Assembly (NCBI RefSeq): GCF_009914755.1
Contig: NC_060926.1
From: the human T2T-CHM13v2.0 reference genome, Homo sapiens
DNA length: 64,000 nt
Strand: one strand, 5' to 3'
Shown here one piece after another: positions 1-29,041 of the stretch; the stretch's first letter is position 1, and each line of letters opens with the position of its first letter. The position numbers and the translations under genes are program-made. Under the pieces are notes generated by a model. It saw only the letters and a list, made by a program, of their open reading frames with translations. It was not told the origin of the DNA and made no database searches.

Positions 1-50
1 TTACAGGCATGAGTCACTACATCCGGCCTCAATTTATTTATTATTTTTAA

Positions 51-348
<298 letters not shown>

Positions 349-432
349 AATTTATTTTTCTCTAAACATTCCTTAAGTATTATTTCAGAGGACCTTAAAA
401 AATACTTAAAATTTCCCAAACTGTCATCTTCA

Positions 433-618
<186 letters not shown>

Positions 619-2138
619 CTAAAAGGAAAATAAAGTGCACTGGTCATTTCAATTCTTTTGGTTGTAACTGTTGTTTTTTTTTTTTTAAGGCACCTATATC
701 TGTATAATATTTTTAAAAGTCTTAATATTAATTTCTCCACATTTTAATTTAACCAAAACCTTTGTGTAAAGAGACCACATATTAAACTGACCAATCCACT
801 AACTATAAGAAGTATTTTGTGCCCATACATCAATGTACCTTTCAGTATACTGTACTACTAAATTTACTAGATTATTAGTCCTTTAGCCAATGTACTACAT
901 TTATATTTGAGAAGAATTTTCCTTTCTATTCTTATCAACTCTATCTTCCATTTCAAAAACTTTCCATTGAAATAAAATAATTTTGCATAATATTGCTGGG
1001 AATAAACTTAAAATCTCAACTGAGACTATGATTTAAGCAAATTATATACCACTCTTACTGAAAAATGTGTGTTGATACAGAATTTTCTAAGAGTCATGCT
1101 GTTGGGCAAAGCAACTCTGTTTTTCAACCACTGCTAATCAGTTTCTGACAGTCAAAAATTCTGTACATATTTTGGAATCAGAAGAATCCTATGTAAATCA
1201 TTTGTTACTTAAATCTGTGAAAAACATGTTTCTTTGGAGGAAAATGTATGCATTTGTAAGTGTTCTGTGGAATCAGTTTTCATTGTATTGATGTCATTGT
1301 CTCTAAGTGCTCAGTGTCTTCACTGCAATATGAAATTTATTAAAGCATCCACATTCCATTTTAAAAAAACTTATATACCACTCAGTAGAAGAAGGGATTT
1401 TGCAATACATATTTGTGCATCCAAAATTCTAGCTAATATTTAAAATACATACAAGTGAGGCAAACTATTTTAAAACTGACTTAAATTTTTCTTATTGTAT
1501 TTATGTGAAAGATTTTATAAAGGAGAAAAGTATCCAGAAATAGCTTTTTCAGTGTTCAATTGGCTAATTTTTCATACGATATCACACAATATGACTTATG
1601 AGGAACTTCATGACCTAGAAAACTGAAGAAAATGAGCAGTTAAAATAAACTTTCCCACTTTTCCCTAAATATGTACTGCCAATTTAGAATGGGTTTGCTG
1701 GAGTAACCGTAGGCTGCAGAAAACTGGCTATGACTTTAAAATTCATATAAAATATTGACAAGAAACTATAAAGTAATTTTTAAAGTTTAATACTAACTCT
1801 TTAAAAAAAAAGAATAATAGTTCAGTAATTTCATGTACTTTCCTCTATTCTAAATGATTAAAATAATGCATATACATTTGGAAATCTGTTTGAATATAGT
1901 TACATACATCTGTAATAATCTAACACTCTACAATAAAAAGTCACTGTCATGATTATAAAAAGTTAACAAATCCATGTCAATTATACAGTTAACATATTTA
2001 GAAGAGTTAGGCTTAGCTCTGGAAGAATTCTAAAGCTTAAAAAATTTACATACATATACATCCTAGTCTAGTAAATACTAAGCCCTTTATGTGAAATCAC
2101 TATCAGAACAGTTTTTAAAATCTTAAAAAATTTTCCAG

Positions 2139-4512
<2,374 letters not shown>

Positions 4513-6239
4513 AACTATTTTAAGTTTAATTCATACTAAATATGGCACATGACAATTTTCTAAAATAATTTCTTGTAACCTAAATAGTATGTTTGTTTCT
4601 TTCAGAATATAACAAAATCAGGATTAAAAGGGACCTCCTTCTATGACTAAAGTCCAGAATTGTTTTGAAATTCTATAGAATTTATCATTCTATTTTTCTG
4701 AAGTCTGAACACATGGTTAGAGCCTTCTAACCTGACAGGAGACAGGAGAGAAATTCAGACCTCCTCTAGCAACTGATTGATTATAATGAATGCTGGACCT
4801 TGAGCTCGCATCCCTCAAGCTGTAATTTTTCCATTTCTAGCCATGAAACCCCCAAAGTCCCACACATTAATATTACGAAATATGACAACAGAAAGTAATG
4901 AGAATAGCTTTTTTAATGTAATAGCTTCTAAAGTATTAAACAAAAAAATAGGAAAGGGATACTTCTTATACACTTGTGAGCCCTAATGAAAATGTCATTT
5001 TAGAATCTCATTTTGTACTTCACTGTCCTTCCAATCAATACTATTCTATGTTCATTATGTACATGATAAAATACTAGATTCTCGGGAAGTTACAAATACA
5101 GAATATCTGACCACTGCCCATGAAGAGCTTACAATCTAAAGAGAAAGCATTAAAACAAATACATTTTAATAAGCAAAGCTTAAATGTTAAGACAGAGCAA
5201 AACAAGGGGTAGGGAATACACACATTCATTATTCAAACAAAGAATTCTGAAAACTCTTGACCATATGGATATGCATATACGTACATTATGCATACCCAGA
5301 GTTATAAAACATTCAGAAATACACTGCAAGAGAAAAAGCAAATGAATCCTGCAATTGCTGCTACAAATAGCAACAGATGCAAGTCTAACTGAGAGCCAGT
5401 CACAATTTAGGAGACAGGAAAGAAGGAGGTCAATAAGCAAGCTTTTAGTGGTAGGACAAAAATGAAGATGCACTTTAAGTTAAGCTGCTGGTTAGGAGAG
5501 GATTACCTGAACTTCTTCAAACTCACTCCAGTACACAGCAGAGGCACTCTTGGAGGCTGTATCTGGGAAGATAAGAAGCTACTTTCCTGTGTGTTCCTTT
5601 CATTTTCATTTTAAGCATACATGAATCCAGTGGTGATAAAACTGTATGTCATACTACTGTGTTAATGGAAAGATAATGTGTGTATTTTGCATAAATTAAT
5701 ATACAGATTCAATAACTGTACTTTTTCCTTCTATCACAAGGCTAAATAATACAAAACTCTCATTCTAAGTTTATTGATCTTGACTACTTAGACTAAAAAG
5801 TGCTTCCTCTGATCCTTTTCAGGCTAAATTTACTAGCAGCATCATTTTGTGTTATCAGTTTGATTTCACTGACTAGAGTGATTATACCTAGTTATATATT
5901 ATCAGTAAAATAATTGTAAAAATACTTAAGATAAATAAAGCTGGATCAGTATACAGTTAAAATATGGCTTCCAGAGCAGGAAACATTCCAGAACAGGAAA
6001 CAGAAAAGTTTCAAATAAATAATCCACTGAGATGATGGTCAATAAAATTAACAATCAAAACATACTGCACACTCAACAGGAAAAAATTTGACCAAAACAT
6101 TTCAAAATATGGAAAGGCAGGGAATAGGGAAAGCCAAAGCAACTATCAGAATGAAAAACAGCAGAAAGAAAATTTTCCAGATCCACAAGGAAAGAAAATT
6201 ATAAAACTTAAATTTATGTGTTTTGGTATACATATTTCA

Positions 6240-6380
<141 letters not shown>

Positions 6381-6634
6381 CTAAAAGAAACCACCAAAGG
6401 AAAACAAAAGTGAACATTTGAGAAGCAAGGAACTTTATTTTACACAAATAGTTCTTGAACAGATTTATAACAAACTCAAGTGAGAAAAGTAAAAATAATT
6501 AATATAAAGAAATAGGCTGGGCACAGTGGCTCACGTCTGGAATCCCAGCAGTTTGGGAGGTCAAGGCAAGCGTATCACTTGTGGTCAGGAGTTCAAGACC
6601 AGCCTGGCCAACATGGTGAAACCTGTCTCTACTA

Positions 6635-6850
<216 letters not shown>

Positions 6851-7300
6851 TTATAGTACACAATTCTTCTAACTACTCAACCATAAATACTGATTAGAAA
6901 TCACACATTATACCAACATTTCCTGAAATGGGCCATCTTAAATTAATCTAATCTTTAAAAAAATGTAGGATGTTTCAATTCTTGCATTTATGTTTTGCCA
7001 AAACATTTACAATTCCATAGTATTCATAAATTACATAGTTTTCCATAAAAACTATTTGATTTTTAATTATAGGACAGAAAAACGTAGGCATAAATCCTAT
7101 TTTTGTGCCTTATTAAAGCTTGATGGATCTTCTCTTTTACTGAATATATTTTAAAATATCGTCTCATCAATCCTAACAACTATTTTCATCTTTATGTATC
7201 ACCTTCTAGCCATTATTCATATTAGTACCATTTTTAAGAACTGCAATTACAGAAACACGTTATTTTGTATTTTGCCATTTCCACTTCCTACCATATTTTT

Positions 7301-7344
7301 ATGTTTCTCCATAGAGCACATAATGTTTCTCCATAGAGCACATA
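7301..7344. repeat. Perfect 22-bp tandem duplication ATGTTTCTCCATAGAGCACATA x2
   Basis: 7301-7322 equals 7323-7344. Confidence 0.95.
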
Positions 7345-7406
7345 TTCAGTTTGAATTACTGATGTATAGAAAAATATAATACATTCTGATCTCCAATCCA
7401 ATTTAC

Positions 7407-7457
7407 CTTGAATTCTGATAACCATTCTTCCACAACACAACGGTCAGTTCCCAGCAT
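7407..7457 (-). CDS. HYCC2: HYCC2/FAM126B first coding segment (exon 7407-7487, ATG at 7457)
   Basis: Reads MLGTDRCVVEEWLSEFK then |gtaaat. Acceptor ttttttcttttag| at 7488-7489. The exon has 30 nt of UTR with an in-frame TAA upstream of the ATG; context gaaaATGc. Confidence 0.96.
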
Positions 7458-9223
7458 TTTCTTTTACCTTCTACTCCTCTTTTATCTCTAAAAGAAAAAA
7501 GTATTGAAGCTGAGGACAGTAGTACTTATAGGAACAACTAGAAATAAATGATATGTGCCTTTCACCAAGGAAAATTAATCTACTATACATTTTAGATAAG
7601 GTGACTTGTCTTAGTTTGGAGCACAATTAAAAGAAAATTTTTCAGAAGTAAGTTCTGGCTGGGCGTGGTGGCTCACACCTGAATCTCAACACTTTGGGAA
7701 GCCGAGGTAGGAGAATCACTTGAGCTCGGAGTTCAAGACCAGCCTGGCAACACAGTGAGACCTTGTCTCTACTAAAAATCAAGAAAATTAGCTGGGCATG
7801 GTGGCGTGCACATCCAGTCCTAGTTACTTGGTACCCAAAGGTCAGAGCATAACTTGACCACCGGAGATAGAGGCTGCAGTGAGCTATGATCGTGCCACTG
7901 CATTCTGGCCTGGGCGACAGAGCCAGACCCTGTCTCAAAAATAAAATAAAAATAAGTTTTATGTTTAATGATACACTTGAAACCTATTATCCTAATGCTT
8001 TCATATTTTCTCCAGTAAATACTTCAAACTGGCAAAGACAAGTGTCCTGAGTAAAATCAAGTTGCACATTATCCAGACAAATGCAGTCTACAGTTTTACC
8101 AAATACATAACCAGAACAAACTACACATCATAAAATGAACCAAGAGAGTATAAATGACAAAGCTAGATAAACTAGAAACCAAAGGTTACATATTCAGCAA
8201 ACTGAATATAAACATATATGCACCATACACAATAAGGCCTCTGAAGAAAACAGATCCATAAATTTTCTAAAATGGAAAAACAGCTGGGCACAGTGGCTCA
8301 TGCCTGCAATCCCAGCACTTTGGGAGGCTGAGGCAGGACTGAGCCCAAGGGTTCCAGACCAGCCTGGGCAACATGGTGAGACCCAATATCTATAAAAAAT
8401 AAAAAAAAAACTTAGCCAGGTGTAGTGGTGTGCACCTGTAATCTCAGCTACTCAGGAGGCTGAGGCAGGAAGATCCCTTGAGCCCAGGAGGTCAAGGCTG
8501 CACTGAGCCATGTTCACACCACTGCACTCTAGCCTAGGCAACAGAGTGAGACTCTGTCTCAAAAATAAATAAATAAATAAATGCACTAGGAAAATGCCCA
8601 AGTAGAAAAAGCAAGCTGTAGGATGTAAACTGTAATTCCATTTAAATGCTAAGGTCAACCCTGGAAGTTTATCAGCACCCAAGTAGGCAGCTGCCGAAAA
8701 GCTAAAAAGGGATTCCGTAAGAATTAATTGGTTCATTCCATAAATATTTCTTAAGCATCAACTATACGGCAACCATTTGCTAGGATCTGGAAATATAATA
8801 ATAAACAAATCCAGATGTACACCCACTTTAATGAACCACTTATATAGTGGAGGAGACCAAACATATTTTTTCAAAGAGATGAAGGGAAAGAAAGAAAAAA
8901 GAAAGAAAGAAAAGAAAAGAAAAGAAGGAGAGAAAGAAAGACACAGAAGTACAAAACAAAGGAGCCAATATTGACTAAGGAATCAAAAGAGCTTCTCTGA
9001 GGTGCTGCTTAAGTTGAGATATCAAAGATCTATAGAATTAAGGGGAGTAGAAAGAGAACATTCTAGGAAGAGGGAACCACTTATATAAAAGGTCCTGTGG
9101 TAAGAAAAAGCACAGAAAGTTACAGAATCTAAACGAAGATCCAAGTGGTTTGGAGTACAGGGCACAATGGGCAAGAGTTGAGGGTGGACAGGAAGGCATG
9201 GTCTGATGGTATAGGAAGTTAGA

Positions 9224-13550
<4,327 letters not shown>

Positions 13551-14029
13551 AGTCCGGAAATTTCATTGTAATGGTGACAAAAAGGACATACTTTCCAAAA
13601 TAAACAAAATTGGAACTTTAAACAACTCCCTTATCTCTATTGCTGGATATTAAATTACTGACCTTTGATTTTTATTTACTGGAAAATTAAAAAGCCATAC
13701 CTGCTCTGTATCTCAACTATTACCTCTATAGTTTTACAAAAATATCTATCTATAAATACAGTTAGTTGATAATAAATTTTGAAATAATTTTAAAATATCA
13801 TAAATAGATGCCCGTAAAAAAAAAATGGAACTTAGCCCAACCACTCATTCCATCCACAAACACTGTCAACCATTCTTCCAGATCTGTATTTATATATATA
13901 TTTATAACATGTATGTAGGTAAATATGTTATTTAAATGTAGTCATATGTTCACATCATATATAGTGTTCTACAGTGTGCTTTTTACATTTGTTAAAAACA
14001 CATCAAAGATCTATAGATCTATCTCATTC

Positions 14030-17287
<3,258 letters not shown>

Positions 17288-17726
17288 AGCCAAATACTTT
17301 TTAAAAAGCAACACAAATCTTTTAATTTGATATATACTTTATCAGAATCCCTGTCTGATATAGGGTCCAGAATATTTATTTTGGAAAAGTCCCTCAAGTA
17401 ATCCTGATGACCATCCTCTAGTTTAAAAAAAAAAAAAAAGTACCATCTCCAGGCTAAATTACTATTTTAAATTCCTATTTGATCTTTCCTATAACCACAA
17501 ATTTAGCACATTAAATATCTATAGTTTCCACCCATACCACTTAAAAAAATGACTAAAAATGAAATACCTTTAAATAGAGAAATATAGTGGTATTAATTAT
17601 AATCATAACACATATTTCCCAACTCTATAAAAATACTACTAGTTTTAAGACAGTAATTTATTAAGTACTTTAAAAGACAATATGAAATAATATTTTATGA
17701 AAAAGAAAACAAAAAGCTTAACTAAA

Positions 17727-22382
<4,656 letters not shown>

Positions 22383-23340
22383 AAAAAGCTTAACTAAAAG
22401 ACAAGCGTATAAGGTCTTCCACAGAACCACATGCCACTTTTTAAAAATTATCCTTTATGTTTCTGGCCACCTTTGGTCTTTGTACCTGACACCTGGCATT
22501 CTCTCCCAGCTCTGTATATGGCTGGAATAGACTCAGTTCATGTATCACCTCCTTATAGAACCTTTCCCTATATACTTTAATCAGCTACCTCTACCTTCCT
22601 CCTCCCTCCAACCCCATTACTCTGCCCATTTTCTTCATAGCATTTAGCATAATCTGTAATTAACGTTATTTGTTTACTTAATGTCTGTCTTTTCTACTGG
22701 AATCTGTACTTTACAGGGACAGGCACTGTATCCCAAGTGACAGGCATATAGCAGGCATCCAATCATCTGTTGATTTTGAGCACCTTCAGCACTGACAGTG
22801 TTATTTCTGGCCATAACAAAACCTGAGATTTCTGTTTTCTAAGTTAAACTTTATAATTTTACTTGGAAAACTAAATACCAAATGGAAGTTAAATACCTTC
22901 TTCAAATATCGTCCAGAAATTTTTGACAAGTAGATGTTGTCCCAGATGCATGAATTAGTAACACTAACCTTGCCAAGGTTTGATATAAGAGACTGAATGA
23001 TTTGGCAATTTTGTTGTCTTTTTTTCGGTCAGGCAATCTTCTACTGAGATAATTGTTCATTTCAAAGCTGTATCATACAGTGATATACAGCAGATATTTT
23101 AAACAACAATTAGGGACACAAATCCAATTAATATTTCAACCCCACATGGTGCCGCTAATACCAACTAACTGAATAAAAGAATACATAAAGTTAAATTCTA
23201 GAAATACCAAGTATAGATGACTACTACTACTTCACAATTTACTTGGCTGGTCGCTGAAAAGTTTCTTCAGACAAGTCACACCTCAATTTCTAAAAATATC
23301 AAAATGTGAAAAAAAAATGTGTCTTAAAAGTGAGGAAATA

Positions 23341-24232
23341 GGCTGGGCACAGTGGCTCACGCCTGTAATCCCAGCACTTTGGGAGGCCGAGGTGGGCAGA
23401 TCACAAGGTCAGGAGATCGAGACCATCCTGGCCAACACGGTGAAACCCCGTCTCTACTAAAAATACAAACAATTAGCCAGGCGTGGTGGTGGATGCCTGT
23501 AATCCCAGCTACTTGGGAGGCTGGGGCAGAGAATTGCTTGAACCCAGGAGGCAGAGGTTGCAGTGAGCCGAGACCGCGCCACTGCACTCTAGCCTGGCGA
23601 CAGAGTGAGACTCTGTCTCAAAAAAAAAAAAAAAGTGAGGAAATAAATTACTAGCGAGCCTATTAAGTATAAACATGGTACCAGGTGTTTCCTATATTTT
23701 ATCTGATTTAACAACAGGTGGCACAATGTAGTGGTGTACAGCAGCAGTTCTCAGCTTTTTTTGGCCTCAGAATTTCTTTCATTAAAAAAGTTCATTTATT
23801 AATTCATTTGAAAATAAGCCTATTACATGTTAACATTTTAAGGTGAAAATTATGTTCTTCTAAAACAAAAACAAATTGAGAATAGCATTTTGTTGTTATT
23901 GCTTTTGTTTTTTTTTTTTTGTGAATCTCATAATTTTTTTTTGTTTGTTCATTTTTTTGAGACAAAGTCTCTGTTGCCCAGGCTGGAGTGCAGTGGCAAA
24001 ATCTCAGCTCACTGCAACCTCCACCTCCCAGATTCAAGCAATTCTGCCTCAGCCTCCGAGTAGCTGGGATCACAGGCATGCACCACCATATCCGGCTAAT
24101 TTTTTTATTTTTAGTACAGATGGGGTTTCACCATGTTGGCCAGGCTGGTCTCGGACTCCTGACCTCAAGTGATCCACCTGCCTCAGCCTCCCAAAACGCT
24201 GTGATTACAGGCGTGAGCCACTGTGCCCAGCC
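23341..24232. mobile_element. Tail-to-tail Alus: 23341-23635 (+, TSD AAAAGTGAGGAAATA) and ~23950-24232 (-)
   Basis: Alu dimers in opposite orientation about 310 bp apart. Confidence 0.9.
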
Positions 24233-25384
24233 TCATAATTGCTTCTGCATTCAATCTGTTGCAGAAAAACCTCACTGTATATTTATGACAGAATGACAGT
24301 GAAGATGGCAAATACTGTCTTTATATTAATATGAAAAATAGTTTTGACCTTATGGACCCCCTTAAAGGATCCTGAGGATCACATTTTGATCACAAACCCT
24401 GGAGCAAGGTTGCCTAAGGTTAAGGTCACTTACTAGCTATGTTTAAACCCTTGTACCCTCTTACTAGCTATACTCAAACCCGCTGTCCCTCATTTCAAAA
24501 CTGGGAATAGCGGTACCTACTTCATATAGTTTTTGTATACTTAGAACAGTTCTTATCACAAGATAAACATTACATAAGTGTTTGCTATAAGCATTATATA
24601 ATCTCCATGATACTATGTCCTATGAAGTAGCTTGTTATTCTCATCTAATAGATAAGAAAATTAAAGTGTAAATGGGTGTGTGACCTATACAAGGTAACAC
24701 AGTTTAAGTGGCAGAACTCAGATTTGAATCTAATGCCATAATTTTGAAATCTATGATTGAAAAAGGCACTATGCAATCTGGTCCCTGTCTTATGGTTCAT
24801 ACTACTCTCCCCACAGCTTTCTATGTTCTGGCCATACTCTCCTTTGAGTTTCTCTACAGCTTTACGTGCACCTTAACTCCAGCACATCTGTGCAGGCTGT
24901 TCCAGCCTAGAATGCTGTCCTGCTCCTGCTACTTAAGTGGCTGGCTCCTTCTGATCTTGTAAGTCTCAGCAGCCTTTCTGAACCACTTTATGTAAATAGC
25001 AGCTCTTCTTCCATTCCCCAGTATTTTCCATTCCAACACAAGATTTATTTCCTGCCTAGAACTTCGGGGTTTGTAACTTCTTTATCAGACCTCATTACTT
25101 ACTAATTGTCCATCTCCCCACTGGATTGTAAATTCCAAGAGAACAGGGTACATTTTTGCATTGCTCACTACTATGCATTCAAAGCTAACAAAGATACTAT
25201 GATTTCTGGATGTAAGACGGGTACTTAAAAAACATATATATAGTCAATGAACCATACTGTTTATATGTCCTCAGACAACTCATTTAAACCCTTTGGGCTT
25301 CAGTTTCCTACAATGATTAGTTATTTTCCAACTCTAAAATCCTAAAAATATATTTTAGTACCTTCATTTGAAAAATAGAATAGT

Positions 25385-26901
25385 CTCTCTCCCCCTCCCC
25401 CTCCCCTTTGCACGGTCCTCCTCTCCCCTTTGCACAGTCTCCCTCTGATGCCGAGCCGAGGCTGGACTGTACTGCCGCCATCTCGGCTCACTGCAGCCTC
25501 CCTGCCTGATTCTCCTGCCTCAGACTGCCAAGTGCCTGGGATTGCAGGCACATGCCGCCACACCTGACTGGTTTTCGTATTTTTTGGTGGAGACAGGGTT
25601 TCGCCGTGTTGGCCGGGCTGGTCTCCAGCTCCTGACCGCGAGTGGTCTGCCAGCCTCGGCCTCCCGAGGTGCCGGGATTGCAGACGGAGTCTCGCTCACT
25701 CAATGCTCAATGTTGCCCAGGCTGGAGTGCAGTGGCGTGATCTCGGATCGCTACAACCTACACCTCCCAGCCGCCTGCCTTGGCCTCCCAAAGTGCTGAG
25801 ATTGCAGCCTCTGCCCGGCCGCCACCCCATCTAGGAAGTGAGGAGCGTCTCTGCCCGGCCGCCCATCATCTGGGATGTGGGGAGCACCTCTGCCCCACCG
25901 CCCCGTCTGAGATGTGAAGAGTGCCTCTGCCCCGCCGCGACCCCGTCTGGGAACTGAGGAGTGTCTCTGCCCCGCCGCCACCCCGTCTGGGAGGTGAGGA
26001 GCGTCTCTGACCAGCCGCCCCGTCTGAGAAGTGAGGAGCCCATCCGCCCAGCAGCCGCCCCGTCTGGGGGAGCCCCTCCGCCTGGCAGCCGCCCCATCCG
26101 GGAAGTGAGGAGCGTCTCCGCCCGGCAGCCGCCCAGTCCGGGAGCTGGGGGGCAGCCCCCGCCCGGCCAGCCGCCCCGTCCGGGAGGTGGGGGGCAGCCC
26201 CCGCCCGCCGCCCCGTCTGGGAGGTGGGGGGCGCCTCTGCCCAGCCACCCAGTCTGGGAAGTGGGGAGCCCCTCTGCCCGGCCGCCACCCCGTCTGGGAG
26301 GTGGGGGGGCCCCTCTGCCCGGCCGCCCCGTCTGGGAAGTGAGGAGCCCCTCTGCCCGGCCGCCACCCCGTCTGGGAGGTGTACCCAACAGCTCATTGAG
26401 AATGGGCCATGATGACAATGGCGGTTTTGTGGAATAGAAAAGGGGGAAATGTGGGGAAAAGAGAGATCAGACTGTTATTGTGTCTGTGTAGAAAGAAGTA
26501 GACATAGGAGACTCCATTTCGTTCTGTACTAGGAAAAATTCTTCTGCCTTGGGATGCTGTTAATCTATAACCTTACCCCCAACCCCGTGCTCTCTGAAAC
26601 ATGAGCTGTGTCCACTAAGGGTTAAATGGATTAAGGGCGGTGCAAGTTGTGCTTTGTTAAACAGATGCTTGAAGGCAGAATACTCCTTAAGAGTCATCAC
26701 CACTCCCTAATCTCAACTACCCAGGGACACAAACACTGCGGAAGGTGGCAGGGCCCTCTGCCTAGGAAAACCAGAGACCTTTGTTCACATGTTTATCTGC
26801 TGACCTTCCCTCCACTATTGTCCTATGACCCTGCCAAATCCTCCTCTCCGAGAAACACCCAAGAATGATCAATAAATACTAAAAAAAAAAAAAAAAAGAA
26901 A
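25385..26901 (+). mobile_element. SVA retrotransposon (older SVA_A/B-like), antisense to HYCC2
   Basis: Short CT-rich head, Alu-like domain (~25445-25810), GC-rich VNTR (~25810-26380), SINE-R (~26380-26880), AATAAA and poly(A). Perfect 15-bp TSD GAAAAATAGAATAGT at 25370-25384 and 26902-26916. Confidence 0.96.
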
Positions 26902-26915
26902 GAAAAATAGAATAG

Positions 26916-27828
<913 letters not shown>

Positions 27829-28943
27829 AGATGGTAATGGCAACCTTTATTAGCAAGCCCTAACTACAACATAATGAACAAAATAATAAGCTGCTGGAAT
27901 GTGATCTGAAGAAGGTAAAGAACTACTTGCAGGGAAGAAAACTCACAGTTTTTGTCCAAGCTCTCTAAGTACAATAATATGTGTCCTTGGGAAAGCTACT
28001 TAAGTAATCTCTGTCTTCAAATTCCTTACTTATAAAATGAGAATAATGCATGTCGCTATGACAAAGGTTTATTTTTAAAGATCTGATAAATCAACACACG
28101 TAAGGTCTTACTTAGAACAGTGACTGTACAACATAAGTCTTCAATGGATGCTTGCTACTATTATTATTATAGAAATATTATCAATATAATTATTTAATGG
28201 TTTGAACAATTTAGGAGGCATTTTTTTCCTTTATAGTACGGAGATTATTCATCCATTCTTTCAACTAATATGCACTGTGAATACCAATTACATGCTAGGT
28301 ACCAAGTAAAATGTTAAAGATACAACAGTGAGCAAAACTAACTGTGGTAAGTGCTCTCAAAGGTTTCTTGTGGATCAAAATTATGGGATAAACCAAGCTA
28401 TACAATTATCAGGACAACATATGAAATAGCCAGTGATGGTTTTGCTACTGCTAATTTTCAAACTTGACCAACAACTATGAAGATATTTCAAGGTGTAAGT
28501 CTAAAACTTAGGCATTTAAGACATACTATTAGTATAATTACCAAATTTCCTAAGGCAAAGCCCAGAGCTGCACTGACTAAAATAGGAAGCTACTTGTGGC
28601 TAGAGTCTCCTATATTGGACGGCACAGATATAGAATATAGCCATCATCAAAGAAGTTCTATTGGACAGCATCGATCTAGATGTAGCCGGATAATGCAATT
28701 ATGCTGAGTAAATTCAATTCTTCAATAAAGTTTAGATAACAGAAAGGTTTTTAAAAAACACATTTATAAAAGGGAAAAACTTTCAAAATAGAATTCAAAG
28801 GCAATAATTAAGATGTCATTATGTTAGGTAAAACTGCTCAATAAATAGAAGCTATCCAGCAAAGATTACCAAAAATGCTAACATGTCTAATGATATAGAA
28901 AATTTATTCTTTATCCTTTAAAAAGTTAAAGTCTTAATTTTAC

Positions 28944-29041
28944 CTGTATTAAGATCAGTTTTCTAAAGGAGGAGGTGGCACAGGAATTCGGCAGAGTTCA
29001 AGTGGGGAATTCATTTGTTAAGAGTTAAATATTTTCCAATT
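28944..29041 (-). other. HYCC2: HYCC2 non-coding 5'UTR exon (98 nt)
   Basis: Unique sequence with a long pyrimidine tract and acceptor (ttttttatag|aattgg) and donor CAG|gtaaaa. It lies between the promoter exon and the ATG exon. Confidence 0.75.
28955..29014 (-). CDS. uORF in HYCC2 5'UTR exon, 19 aa MNSPLELCRIPVPPPPLEN
   Basis: ATG at 29014-29012 and TGA at 28957-28955, both inside the predicted exon. Translation is not demonstrable from sequence. Confidence 0.5.
   Translation of the reverse strand: MNSPLELCRIPVPPPPLEN

Noticed and set aside
1040-1360. Non-repeat intronic block with a possible minus-strand donor near 1055
   Set aside because: No convincing acceptor or ORF; conservation cannot be assessed without alignments.
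25751-26437. Overlapping 158-195 aa ORFs on both strands
   Set aside because: They lie in the GC-rich SVA VNTR, which lacks stops; low-complexity translations.
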